From Dimorphilus gyrociliatus (taxonomy: Eukaryota; Animalia; Annelida): 64,000 nt of DNA. The number at the start of each line of letters is the position of its first letter. Within the stretch, counting starts at the first letter, position 1. The stretch spans positions 3,354,684 through 3,418,683 of the forward strand of contig CAJFCJ010000019.1 in the NCBI GenBank assembly GCA_904063045.1. The letters are read 5' to 3'. The notes beneath the pieces are model-generated. The model searched no databases, was not told the origin of the DNA, and saw only the letters and a list, made by a program, of their open reading frames with translations. Position numbers and translations under genes: made by a program. Of this stretch, positions 23,616 through 34,976 are shown one piece after another.

Positions 23616-24066
23616 CGTTATTTACCAATCGGTTTCAATATAGGTTAGCGATAATAGGAAGTTGTATTGTATACATCACGTGGATGCCAGAAAAAACAAA
23701 TCGCTTATTTGAAATAAATAAGAAGTTAAACTATTTTTTTTTCAAGAAATGTTCATTCATTTTGAAGAAATATAAAATGTGTTCAATTTATGTAGGTCGC
23801 CATTTTAAAAAAGTAACATGGGTCAAAATCTGTTCCGTTTCTAAATCAAGAAAAGCACGTTTTTTCAAACTTTTAATAAAATGTACTGAAATTTAATTTG
23901 ATAAATAGACTATGAAAATTCTAAAAAACTTGATGAATAAATTTTCAATTTTCCAAAGAATGCTAAACGCAAAATTGGAAAAGATGTATTAAAGTAGATA
24001 AATATGATTCTCTAGTTTGGAATCGTAAAAAATATCTATTATGAAAGAAATCGGTTGTTAAGTAAA

Positions 24067-26511
24067 TTAACGGCGTGATAGATCTGGACTTTCATCTCCG
24101 GTTGGAGGAGTTAATAAGAGTAAATCTGTTTTCACTGTCTTTAGCGACTTTTTTTCATTTCTCCATTGTAATTTATTTGCGGCAGACTTTCTAGGTGAAT
24201 CGGAAACGTTATTAAGCTCCTTGTAACACTGAGAACTCTTCCCTTTTCTTCTATTTAGAACAACTAATGATGTAGTTGCACTAAAACTAAGTAACAGTAG
24301 CATAACAGCAATACCCATTGCCACCCAAAAAGCATTTAGGGCTTGTAGTATGTCTGTGCATCCAAAAGTAAACAACTCTTCTAGAGACGAGTATAGATGA
24401 CCACATCTACCCATATCATGAAAAATTAGATGCTTTAATGATTGTAAAGGGATTATCAGCTTTGCCATATTGTGGATTTTATAAATACCATCCACAGCCA
24501 TTCTATCCTGGAATGTTTTAATTTCTTCAATTCGAGCTTGAAAAAGATCACTAACACTGGAAATTAAATCGGAGACATTTCTTGATTCCCTTAGAATTTT
24601 TTTATATTGTACATTATTTAAGTTAGATACAATACTTTTCATATTTTTTATATCCCTTTTGTATAAATTTCTCACTGTCTTAATCTCATTATGTTTATAT
24701 AGAGTCTTGAAGCAAGTATGCCAACCTTCGGTCCAGTCCTTCATTCTCTTAATGTATCTCTTCCCCTTTGAAAATTTCTTTAAAGATGATTCAAATTCCT
24801 CAAATTGATGTTTTGACGGATAAATACTATGATTTTCCAAAGGTTTAATTGCTTTACCAAGATCACTATAGAGACTACCAATTTGATCTATTCGATCACC
24901 ATCGTTAAAGTAGTCTCTTAAATGTAACGCAGACTCTAGATTTAGGGCTTCGTAAATACTTACATTACTTTGACAGTTACTTAAAACATCAGTTACCGAA
25001 ATATTATACACAGGTGTTCCTTTCAAAAGTCTTTCGTTGACAACAGCATTAATGACATTACCCAAAGGTGTCCTCCCAATATCCGAAATTGACGGCTGAG
25101 CATATCTACAGACTTCTGTGTAAGTAATACCCCCAAATAAGAAGAGGAATACAACCATCCCTAAAGAAATACTGAACGCCACAATACCAAGACCAGTGCC
25201 AAGAACCAAGAATGAGCTGGCAACTTCAGCAGATGCATGCATTTTCCGAGGATGCTTTGGTCCGTAGAGGCAAGGCAGTATAAGGGCAACAGCGTAAATT
25301 ATGAGGATGATGTTTATAAGCAAACAGAGGCCAAGTGATAAACCGAAGCGAAAAAACTCATAATGTTGTATATTGTCACTCATTGGTTTTGTTGAAATAG
25401 CAACCAAAGTTCGATTAAGTGGCAAATCTCTTAATCGCGAAATCATCTCATCTATCAATTCTATTTTTTCTGCTCCAATATCAGCTTCTTGAATCAATTG
25501 TTTATGAGATTTGAATACAACTGTAAAATTGTTCATGAGATTATTTCTGTATTCATAAGCATCAGTAATTTTCCCCGATAATTTCTTCATAACATTTTCA
25601 ATAGTTTTAAAGATATTATCGTTGAAATTCTTTATCTCGTTTGCTAAATTTTTCGACTTTATCAATCTAGTACAAGCATTGTTATCTAATTGCTCAGCTA
25701 AAGATATATTCGGAAGATATTCTTGAAGTTTTTCGGATATATTATATACATAATGATAATCATGCTGATATTTCACGAAACTTTCTTGAATACTCTTTGT
25801 AAAATTTATAGCCAATTCATTTTGACGACTGATTTCACTTAAATCTGTTGAATTATTGAAAATTTCCTCAAAAGCTAAGTCTTTCAATTCCTTTTTGGCT
25901 TTGTAAGCTAATGAACGTGCTTTTGTTCTCAAATCCAGCATTTCCTTTATAATATTATCCCTATAATTTGCCATCCTCTTCAGATTCCTTATTGATTTGG
26001 ACAGCACACCGTTCGGTTCCGATACAGTTTCCGATAATATATCATTAGATGTGTAGGCAAAGAAGAGGCAGAAAAAAGTTCCTATAGTCAAAACTGCTAG
26101 TATAGAAGAGCACGCAATCCTCACAGTTCTATCTCTCGACTTTTCTCGGGGAGTATTATCTCTTCCGCACTTTCCTCTCGTTCGGCAGCAACATATAATC
26201 AAAAATGTTACAGGCACAACAATAGAAAGTACAAGGCATATCGATGACAGTGTTATATAACCTATAAAGTACTTTGCGACTTCAGACCAGTTTATGTCAT
26301 TTCCATTCTCAGAAGGAACTAGGCCTAACTTCTTGTAATAGTCTGAGATTATCTTCCGATGGATAAAGCCACAAATTTTTGTCGCACTATGGTATAAGTT
26401 ATGAACACCTTTCTCTAGAACATTTACATTTGTTTTGAATTGATCCGAACCGAAAAACTCACCCTCGGCCGTCCTCATTAAGTACCACAGTAATAAAGCT
26501 CTTAAGTACAT
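24067..26511 (-). CDS. PROM: Prominin-like pentaspan membrane glycoprotein, single exon (814 aa)
   Basis: Signal peptide, 5 TMs, Cys cluster after TM1 (IICCCRTRGKCG), EVCRY, two large extracellular loops, and MGRCGHLY...GCTDILQALNAFW. Confidence 0.92.
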   Translation of the reverse strand: MYLRALLLWYLMRTAEGEFFGSDQFKTNVNVLEKGVHNLYHSATKICGFIHRKIISDYYKKLGLVPSENGNDINWSEVAKYFIGYITLSSICLVLSIVVPVTFLIICCCRTRGKCGRDNTPREKSRDRTVRIACSSILAVLTIGTFFCLFFAYTSNDILSETVSEPNGVLSKSIRNLKRMANYRDNIIKEMLDLRTKARSLAYKAKKELKDLAFEEIFNNSTDLSEISRQNELAINFTKSIQESFVKYQHDYHYVYNISEKLQEYLPNISLAEQLDNNACTRLIKSKNLANEIKNFNDNIFKTIENVMKKLSGKITDAYEYRNNLMNNFTVVFKSHKQLIQEADIGAEKIELIDEMISRLRDLPLNRTLVAISTKPMSDNIQHYEFFRFGLSLGLCLLINIILIIYAVALILPCLYGPKHPRKMHASAEVASSFLVLGTGLGIVAFSISLGMVVFLFLFGGITYTEVCRYAQPSISDIGRTPLGNVINAVVNERLLKGTPVYNISVTDVLSNCQSNVSIYEALNLESALHLRDYFNDGDRIDQIGSLYSDLGKAIKPLENHSIYPSKHQFEEFESSLKKFSKGKRYIKRMKDWTEGWHTCFKTLYKHNEIKTVRNLYKRDIKNMKSIVSNLNNVQYKKILRESRNVSDLISSVSDLFQARIEEIKTFQDRMAVDGIYKIHNMAKLIIPLQSLKHLIFHDMGRCGHLYSSLEELFTFGCTDILQALNAFWVAMGIAVMLLLLSFSATTSLVVLNRRKGKSSQCYKELNNVSDSPRKSAANKLQWRNEKKSLKTVKTDLLLLTPPTGDESPDLSRR

Positions 26512-26778
26512 TTATTTTTTGTTAATGTTGCGTTTCTTTCAACAAAAGTTAACAAAATACTGAGATTTACAAAAGCATGATCCGTAAAAGTAATACTCAG
26601 TGTTGAAAATTCCCAAAGACTATAATAAGACTTTAAAAATGTTCAGTTAATGATAATGAGGGTACGACGCAAGAGGCTAAGTTCACGGGTTGGTTAAAAT
26701 GTGAAAAGAAGGCCCGCTTAAAAAAAAGTAGTCCCAACTTTAGACAACAAAAGTTTTTGTCTTGAACACAGTAAATTA

Positions 26779-26790
26779 TTGGCGCGAAAA
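26779..26790. promoter_or_regulatory. E2F-like site upstream of prominin
   Basis: TTGGCGCGAAAA (reverse complement TTTTCGCGCCAA) is a canonical E2F consensus. Confidence 0.4.
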
Positions 26791-27540
26791 AATTAATGAT
26801 CAAATTAAGAAATATTAATGATTAATTAGCTAAAAGTTTATTAAAAAGTTGATATTCCGATTAACCATTATCATATGTATCATATGCTTTAAACAAGTTT
26901 AAAAGACAGATTAAACTTTTTCGCTTTTTCTGCTTTCTTAAACAAGTAAAAAAATTGAAAAATTTTACGAATAAAATCAAAAAATATTGGAAGAAAAAAG
27001 ATAATTTTTTTTTATTAATTAATTAAAATGTTTAATAATAATGTTAATAGGCAAAAAATGAGCGTAAGAAAATTTTCTTCATCATAAATTATGACAACCA
27101 TGTTGTATAAACGTTGAGTAGTTTCAAAATTGGCCTTAAGAATTTTTTTATACATCATGTCACTGAGTTCAGGAATTGGGTTATTTTTTGGATCGTTTCT
27201 GAAATTTGGATATATATTTTCCATATATAATCTATTGCATAATATTGAATTTTATAAAAATGCATCTTTTAAACATAAATAAATATTTAAAACTAATTAT
27301 ATCTTTCTAACTTGTTTATGAAATTTAATAATTAATTATGAATAAATTATAAATCTCATTAAGCAAGATCTATATATAAATCCCGTATGTATTTTATCTT
27401 TTGCGCAAATCGTGCGATTGCATACGTTACTTAAAATTTTCGTTGTAAATTAACAAATAGGTATGTTAGCTATCAATTCCATTATATGGAGAGAGTACAG
27501 CTGTTCTCCAAACGTATCGTTGAATTCGGCATTGTATAAG

Positions 27541-28173
27541 ATGATCACTTGCCTAATGATGCTGATATGTACTGCTAATGTTTAGATAAATAATGAAAAA
27601 TAACCTATATTAAATGTGTTAGCATCAATGTTGTCGTTGGACAATCTTTAACAGGAATTTCCCACTATTCAACAACTTTGTTATTTAATACTCTTCAGTT
27701 TCAATTGTTTATCTATTGTCACACAAAGTCCTCTTCAGAAAATGGCACAGAGAGGTAATGCTACATGTTCCGATACTCAAAATTCTTGCAATTCTACGAC
27801 AAAACCTTGGAGGGTAGTCTGCTTAAATGCTGGTCAAATATGCGATGGTGTCAGAGATTGCCTTTTGGGCTTCGACGAAAAAAATTGTACAGGTAAATTA
27901 TGCATTAAAATTTCGCGGAATTGGTAATCATGGACAAAAATTTTAACAGCGGATGACATTAAATCAAAAGCTCCGAAATATATTTTCTTCCTTTCGTTTG
28001 TTATCGTCGTTGTAGTATTACTTCTTCTAGCAGTTGTTTGGGGTTTTATAAGACATAGAAAACGACGAAGAACCGGATACAATAGCTTTACCGAGACTAC
28101 ATCATTATCAGAATCATCAAGAAAAGTAAAACGCAAAAGTGTATCTTTTAATTGTGATCCGTATACTACTTAA
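27541..28173 (+). CDS. Small type I membrane protein with a single LDL-receptor class A repeat (5' end uncertain)
   Basis: TCSDTQNSC...VCLNAGQICDGVRDCLLGFDEKNC has six Cys and an acidic DE motif. After an intron come a TM (YIFFLSFVIVVVVLLLLAVVWGFI), the stop-transfer RHRKRRR and a short tail ending at 28173. Confidence 0.75.
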
Positions 28174-28343
28174 TCCATCTTATTTCTTATAATTTATTGC
28201 TATTCATAACTATTATCTAAATTATTTTTATAAGCAATTTCGTCTCAAATTTGTATGCAATTCATGATAGATATTCAATACTAATTAATGTATTACAAAT
28301 CGCACAAAACCATAATTTTTTAACAAAAATATTATAACATAAT

Positions 28344-29180
28344 TTAATTATTTCTTTTTGTGTTTCGGGGATTCGTTCTTCGCACTTTTATTGCTTACAT
28401 CATTATCAACTGATTTACTGTAAAACAATTGAATTAGATAAATATTAGTCTTTTTAGATATTTAAAAACCTTTCATTGTTTTCTTCTGTTTTGCTTTCAT
28501 TTTCTTTCTGTTCTTCTTTCTTTGAGTTTATCTTTTAAAATTAAAATTGAACAATATATTTATGATGTAATTACATTACCTCAGATAAATCTCTTCTCAT
28601 TGCGTAAGCATCTTCTCCGTCGGCATAGTATTTTTGCTCTATTTCACTAATTGCAAATTTCAAAGTGTTTTGGTATAAATGAAGAGCAGCCCTATTACTT
28701 TTCCTAACATGCAGGGAGACATATTTAGCATTGAAGCATTCCACCATAGCTCTTGACGCTTGCTCCATCAATTTGTGAGCCAAACCTTGATGGATAGATT
28801 GCCATCGTTATCGACAAAGAATTTGCTATCAAATAAATTGAAAACTTACCTAATCTTCTGTACGATCTCTTGACGGCTAAAGATGTGATATGACCGTGAG
28901 GAACATCTTCTGGATCTTCTTCCATTTTAGCCAAGACATATCCGACAATGTTTCCGGACTCATCCTCAGCAACATAGGATAATTGGGGCCATGACAAACC
29001 GTGATACAAATAGTATTTCATCATATAGTTTTCAGGTAAACACAATAAATTACAGTGCTGCATATTAAGCAAATCGTCGGGCTGAAAACAAGTGAACCTG
29101 TATTATCGCTCAGGACAACCGGTATCAGTAGAATATTGGTATTTTGATTTAGAGCTTACCCTTGCGCATCTAATGTTCAT
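28344..29180 (-). CDS. NAA10: N-alpha-acetyltransferase 10 (NatA catalytic subunit, ARD1), multi-exon
   Basis: MNIRCAR|[78 protein letters not shown]. Confidence 0.98.
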
Positions 29181-29649
29181 TTTTGTTATCTTGGTTCAAT
29201 TAAGTTGGTCAAAAATTTATAAATTGAATCAGGTCGAGATATTGTTTTTTTTTAATAGATTTCCGTCGTGATTCCAGAGTATAAAATAAACCGGAAGTTA
29301 TTTACTGTTGTTTTCGAACTTTTACAAAAATCTATTTAGCAGTGAGTTCTGAATTGGAATATATTAATCATTTCTGAAAAATTATTCTCACTCAAAAAAA
29401 AATATATTTTTTACGCGCTGATAGCAGACAGAACTATAAACTAGTTAAATTCACTGATCAGACTGTTTTCGTTTCAGTGATTTTTAGAATTTGCTGTGAA
29501 ATTGTTATATTTTTATACATTTTAAAAGGAGAATACATTCTTAATTGAGAAATTTGAAAAGAACTAAATGACATAGCTATAATATTGGATAACCAGCTGA
29601 TGTGTCCTGCTCTGAAGTGTAAGGAAGTGAAAGATAAATAAAACATACT

Positions 29650-32600
29650 ATGGAGGGACAATACGTCGTGGCAATCTACGATTTTACAGAAGTCGAACCC
29701 GGGGAAATGGAAATTTATATGGGTGATGTACTTCTTATCACCAAACAAATTGATAATAATTGGTTAAAGGGTAAAATTAGGGGCAAAAGTGGAAACTTTC
29801 CTCGATCGTTTGTTCAAATGCTAAATATACCTACTAACTTGCCTAATGGACAAAAATTGTTCGCTTGTTGTACGGATTATCATGCCCAAACACCAGATGA
29901 TCTAACAATAATTAGAGGCGATGTTATTGTAGGAAAAAGTGCTATCGACGCAAATTGGTGGAGGGGTGAGAAGCAATTTGCGACTGGTGCGTTTCCTTTA
30001 TCTCATGTTTACGAATTGGATTCTAAAGATCTCGGTCCTGATGACAAAAAACAATCTTCAAATTCTATCGGTAAAGTTAGAGCAATAACTAATCTTAGTG
30101 CCCAATTAGACACTGAACTACCTTTAAGAAACGGTGAAATCATAGATGTAATCGAACAAATTGATGAATCTTTCTTGTACGGAAGAAACGATCAAGGCCA
30201 AGAGGGGCAATTTTTAATAAACTGTGTGGAAATTCTTGAAGGAAATATAAAGTTAGAAGATGAGAAAGAGAAAGAGACCAAGACCAAATGGTGGGAGAGT
30301 GAAGATAATGTAGAAACCAATCCTATTGTTATTAGAAAAGAGGATGAAATACCTTTTGAAGGATCATTAGTAAATAATGTAAAAATAACAAAGGAGTGTG
30401 AAAGTACAACAAATAGTCCGAGAGTGTCAAAAATTGAAAAGCAGCTGCAATCAAACTATGCTCAATCCATTTATCCTTTCATAGCTAGTCAAGAAGATGA
30501 GCTGTCGTTTAACGCAGGAGATATTCTATATTTAAATCGATACATAAATGAAGACTGGATTGAAGGACAGCTTGGCGGCTCAGTAGGGATATTTCCAGCT
30601 TCTTTTATAAAATTTATAGATCCACCTGAAAAAGATAAAACCAATGTTCAAGAGAATCTAAAGGTTCTATACCCTTACACTGCAACACTCTCGAATGAGC
30701 TGAGTGTTAAAGAGGATGAAATAGTAAAAGTCCTTGAACATTTTAATAATGATTGGTATGTTGTAGAAAATTATTTAGGTGAAACAGGACTTTGCCCAGT
30801 ATCTTATCTAGGATCTCTAACAGAAGAAAGAAAATTAGATGAATGTACAAGAAGTGGATCAAATAACAACCATGAATTAGCGATAAAACGCGAAGAGAGA
30901 GAAAGCTTTTTGAAAGAGTCAGTCTCCGTTTCGACAGAAAATATCACTTACAGAACTCGTCCAAAACCGGAAATAAAACCGAAACCTACAATTAAAAAAT
31001 CAAATGCAAGATTAAGTGCATCATTAGAAGATATTATTGCAAAAGAGATGGAAGCAGCTGCTGTAAATGACTCAACACCAAAACCTCCTCTATTACCTCC
31101 ACGAAAGTCACCACCTAACCGTTCCGGAGAGAATAAACCATCGAAATCTGTACCAACTAGACCAGCACCTCCTCGCCCTAATATTCCTGAAAGAAGAATT
31201 GAACCTAAACGCCCACCTCCAATCAGAAGATCTCCAGTTTCCGTCCAATCAGATGTAAATCAAGGCATGTATCTTTTAAAAAAAATATATATCCAGTATA
31301 AGAAAATTAAGACACCATTGTACAGAAATATTGAGAAGACCTAAATCTGAATCATTTTCATGTATGTTTTGAGATAGGCAATCTGTATATTGAAAAAATG
31401 TGTTTTTTTTATTATTATCTTATCTATCTTAGCTTATTTGTTCGCTATAGATTGGTCTATGATTTTCGCCTTTTTTCGAATAGATGTTTTTTCTTATTAT
31501 TTGGATAAGGGAACATATCTGAATGATTATTTATGGCTACTTGTAAGATTTGCTTAAATTCGTTTAATTCGTTATAGGAATTAAAGAGTTTGATAATTAA
31601 TTTATAAACATTAAGCATTATCTAATCGCCAAAATAATTTACGGTGTTTTTTTCTTTGATCATACACAGTTTGTTTTCTTTTTATCCTTCTTTAGGTGGT
31701 AAAAGTGTATTTTATTCTCCTGCTGAAGTTCTCACTGATGCAAAATCCGAATTAATTGCCGATACTGAAAAAAAGCTGGAAGCTTTTGATCGTGATATTG
31801 CGGTAAGTAGTTTGACCGGAGGCCATTTTTTATTTTATAAATGCTTTTACTTTTTGATTAGGAGTATACGGCTAAATTAAGAAACGATGGAGAAGATAAA
31901 GAATCTTTAGAAGAAATTCTTCGAGCTACAAGAGAAGATAGAGAAATACTTTTACAGTCCCTTTATGATCTAGATCCTCAACGAAAGATTAAAGATGAAA
32001 TCTTACAGAAGAAAAAGTATACAAGAGAAAAAGCTATTGAGGAACTCGTTCATACAGAAAAAAATTACCTGAGAGATATCAGAATTACATATGAATGTTT
32101 AAGTGAAAACCGTCAGAGTTCAGGAACAAAGATAATTGATATTGATTTCTTGATGGGAAATTTAGATAAAGTTGTTGAAGTTTCATCTCAAATGAGTGAC
32201 AGCTTAGAAATAGAGTTCAAGAAGGACTTTGAATATCAACGTATCGGTTATGTTTTTACAAGATTAGAAAAAGATCTAAGAACAGTTTATACTGAAAACT
32301 GTACAAATCACGAAAATGTCATAATGTTATTAGAGAAATACGGGAATGAACCGTCTTCCAAAGCAATTCTTGCCGATTTGCAAAAAATAATGTCAAATCA
32401 TCCAATGGCTGATCCTTCAACTTTATATACATTATCCTCAGTGCTGGCTAAACCATTTCAAAGGATTCTTAAATATAAACTACTTTTGGGAAATATTCTG
32501 ACATCTACGGAAAAAACCCATTGTGATTTTCAAGGTCTGCTCGATTCAATAGAGGTAATGTCTGGAATAACTACTGATATCAATGAAAAGAAAAGAGGAA

Positions 32601-34041
32601 AAGATCTGGTTAAGAAATACAGAAGATCGACTGATGGCTCTCTCGCCGATAAAGTATTAAAGATGAGTGTACATTCAACTATAAAAAAGATAAATCGTTT
32701 CTCTCAAAGAGTTGTTGGAGGGTTTATTCAAGACGAACAATTTAATAGAGAAGAAGCTAGACTTAATAGTCTGCAGCGATTATTAGCAAGCTTTTCTCAG
32801 GGCGTTAGCTCTTATTTGAGACAACTTCACGAAGTTATCCGAACTCAAGAGACTTTTGCTTTAGATATTAATGAATTTTATGCTGAGAAATCTTCTGAAG
32901 TTGAAAAGTTTAGTCAGTTGCACGCCCGAATAGGTTCTCTCCTCTTGGAAGACTTCGTAAGTATTGTCTTATGCAAAGGAATTCAAAAGAAACAGTTAAA
33001 GCCGTTTCTTTACAATTTACAATATTCCTTCGTGTAAATAATAAACGTCTCTTTAACAAACAGAGGACAAAAACAAACGAGAGGGTTCTTCAACCAATAA
33101 ACACTTTATTAACAATGTTTTTGGCACCTATAAAATTAATTAAGAAACGCCGGGATAAATTATGTGATTACGAAACCGAAAGAACTAAAAGTGACGAAAA
33201 TAGCGAAGCAGGTGAAGACGCTTTAAACCTCGCTAAAAAGAATTACGAAGCCTTAAATGCTCAACTATTGAGTGAGATGCCTAAATTATGTTCGATGAGT
33301 GAAGATACTCTAAAGCTATGCTGTATGATTTTTCTTAGACTTCAATCAAAATTTTATAATGATTGTTTGAAGACTATGTACGAGCTACTGCCTTTGAATG
33401 ATATAGTAGGAGACAGTACGAATTTTGCGCAATCCCATTCTGCTGTTCTTGATACGATTAATCAAATTAGCTTCGTTCCAAAAGACCAAGGTATTTTTAA
33501 GAAAACGAAAAATAGAAAATCAGATGTTGGATCTTCTTCACCGCTTACTGTTATTTCTGAAATCAGGCAGACTGATCAGGATAGAGCCACAATTCTGGAA
33601 AAGTATAACGATGTTTGGGTGATATCGACGCCTACAACTGCATCTAACTGCTCTGAACTAGCTCTCGCTTCCGGTGCGTTAGTCGGAGTAATTAAAAATT
33701 TTGATCCTTCCGGTAGTAGTAATAAGTGGTTTGTTGATTCTGGCTCTGCTAAGGGCTTAGTACCAAGTGCAAATCTTGTTAAACACGTCACTGAAGAAAA
33801 ATTAATTGACACGTCAAGTTCTTTCCCTGGTAATTTATCAACACCGGAAGTAGTTCATACGCATAAGGCTGTCTATGACTTTCAAGCTCGGAACGAATTA
33901 GAAGTTACCATAAACTCGGGAGATTGTGTAGAAGTCTTGCAAACTACAGATTCTCGCGGTAACAGTCAATGGTGGTATGTGAAGAAAGAAGATGGTAGCG
34001 CTGGATATGTTCCAGCTAATTATTTATATAAAAATGCCTAA
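29650..34041 (+). CDS. DNMBP: Dynamin-binding protein / Tuba: N-terminal SH3 array, RhoGEF (DH), BAR, two C-terminal SH3
   Basis: Five SH3-like repeats in 29650-30810, a Pro-rich linker, DH (REKAIEELVHTEKNY...KPFQRILKYKLLL...INEKKR), BAR (KLIKKRRDKLCDYE...NYEALNAQLLSEMPKL), a degenerate SH3 and a terminal SH3 (AVYDFQARNELEV...GYVPANYL). Confidence 0.93.
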
Positions 34042-34976
34042 ATATATTCGTGGAAAACAATTTACATTTTTCCCCATCCGACTTCTCTTCCTTTTCTGCT
34101 GTTCAATCACTTCTCAGCCCTTTTATAAAATTTTTATTTACAAAAGCTCAATTATTAATTATTTATCCGCTCTAGATTGTGATTGGTTAAATTGTAATAA
34201 TACCTTTTGTGCTTTTTTTCATTTTTTAACTAACTAACATTTGTTTTACCCCGCAAAACTTTTCTTCCATTTCAATTGACATGCATTCCTGAATAAGCCA
34301 GATGATAAAAGTAACAATAAATATGATGGTTAATTTGCGAAAAGCAATAATTTTCGATAATAAATTGTATAGAATTCATTGCTAGATTAGTTACACAATC
34401 AGGAGAAATATTAAATGATTAATAGACTGAAGTTAAAGTCTTCATTATAATGTTTTGATGTAGTATGAAGTTAGGTGGAAAAATTAGAAAACTAATGAAC
34501 TTTGAATTATTTATCATGATATCTCTCCAAGAAGACATTAAATATAGGATAGATAATGAGAAAAAAGATACCAATTTTTTATCACAAGTCTGTTTACAAG
34601 AAAAAATTGTAAAGGATTATAAATTATTATTGTTTTCCTCTTTGCCATTACAACATTTATGTTTGTATTTTACTTTACAACATGTTATTCTACTATAACT
34701 AGACGAAAGATTAATGAACATTGAACACTTTTCGTGGTATCATTCGACATCTCTGATTTGTTGAATTGTTCTTTTAAGCATTTATTGCTAGGGTTACACA
34801 ATTAAATAATTGGAGATTTTTAATCGTTAAAATTCAAGTGATCATTGAAATTCGTAGGTTTACGAAATTCAAAGCGTCTATAACTACAGAAATAGATCTA
34901 TGTGTTTAAATGAAATACATGGAGACTTTCGATAAATCATATCCTTTAATCGGTTTCCGTTTTCCGTCTCTAATTT

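Noticed and set aside
3326-33812. Antisense shadow ORFs (3326-3577, 6864-7193, 20273-20534, 22708-23052, 27834-28136, 33576-33812 and similar)
   Set aside because: They lie opposite well-supported coding exons and have no recognisable motifs.
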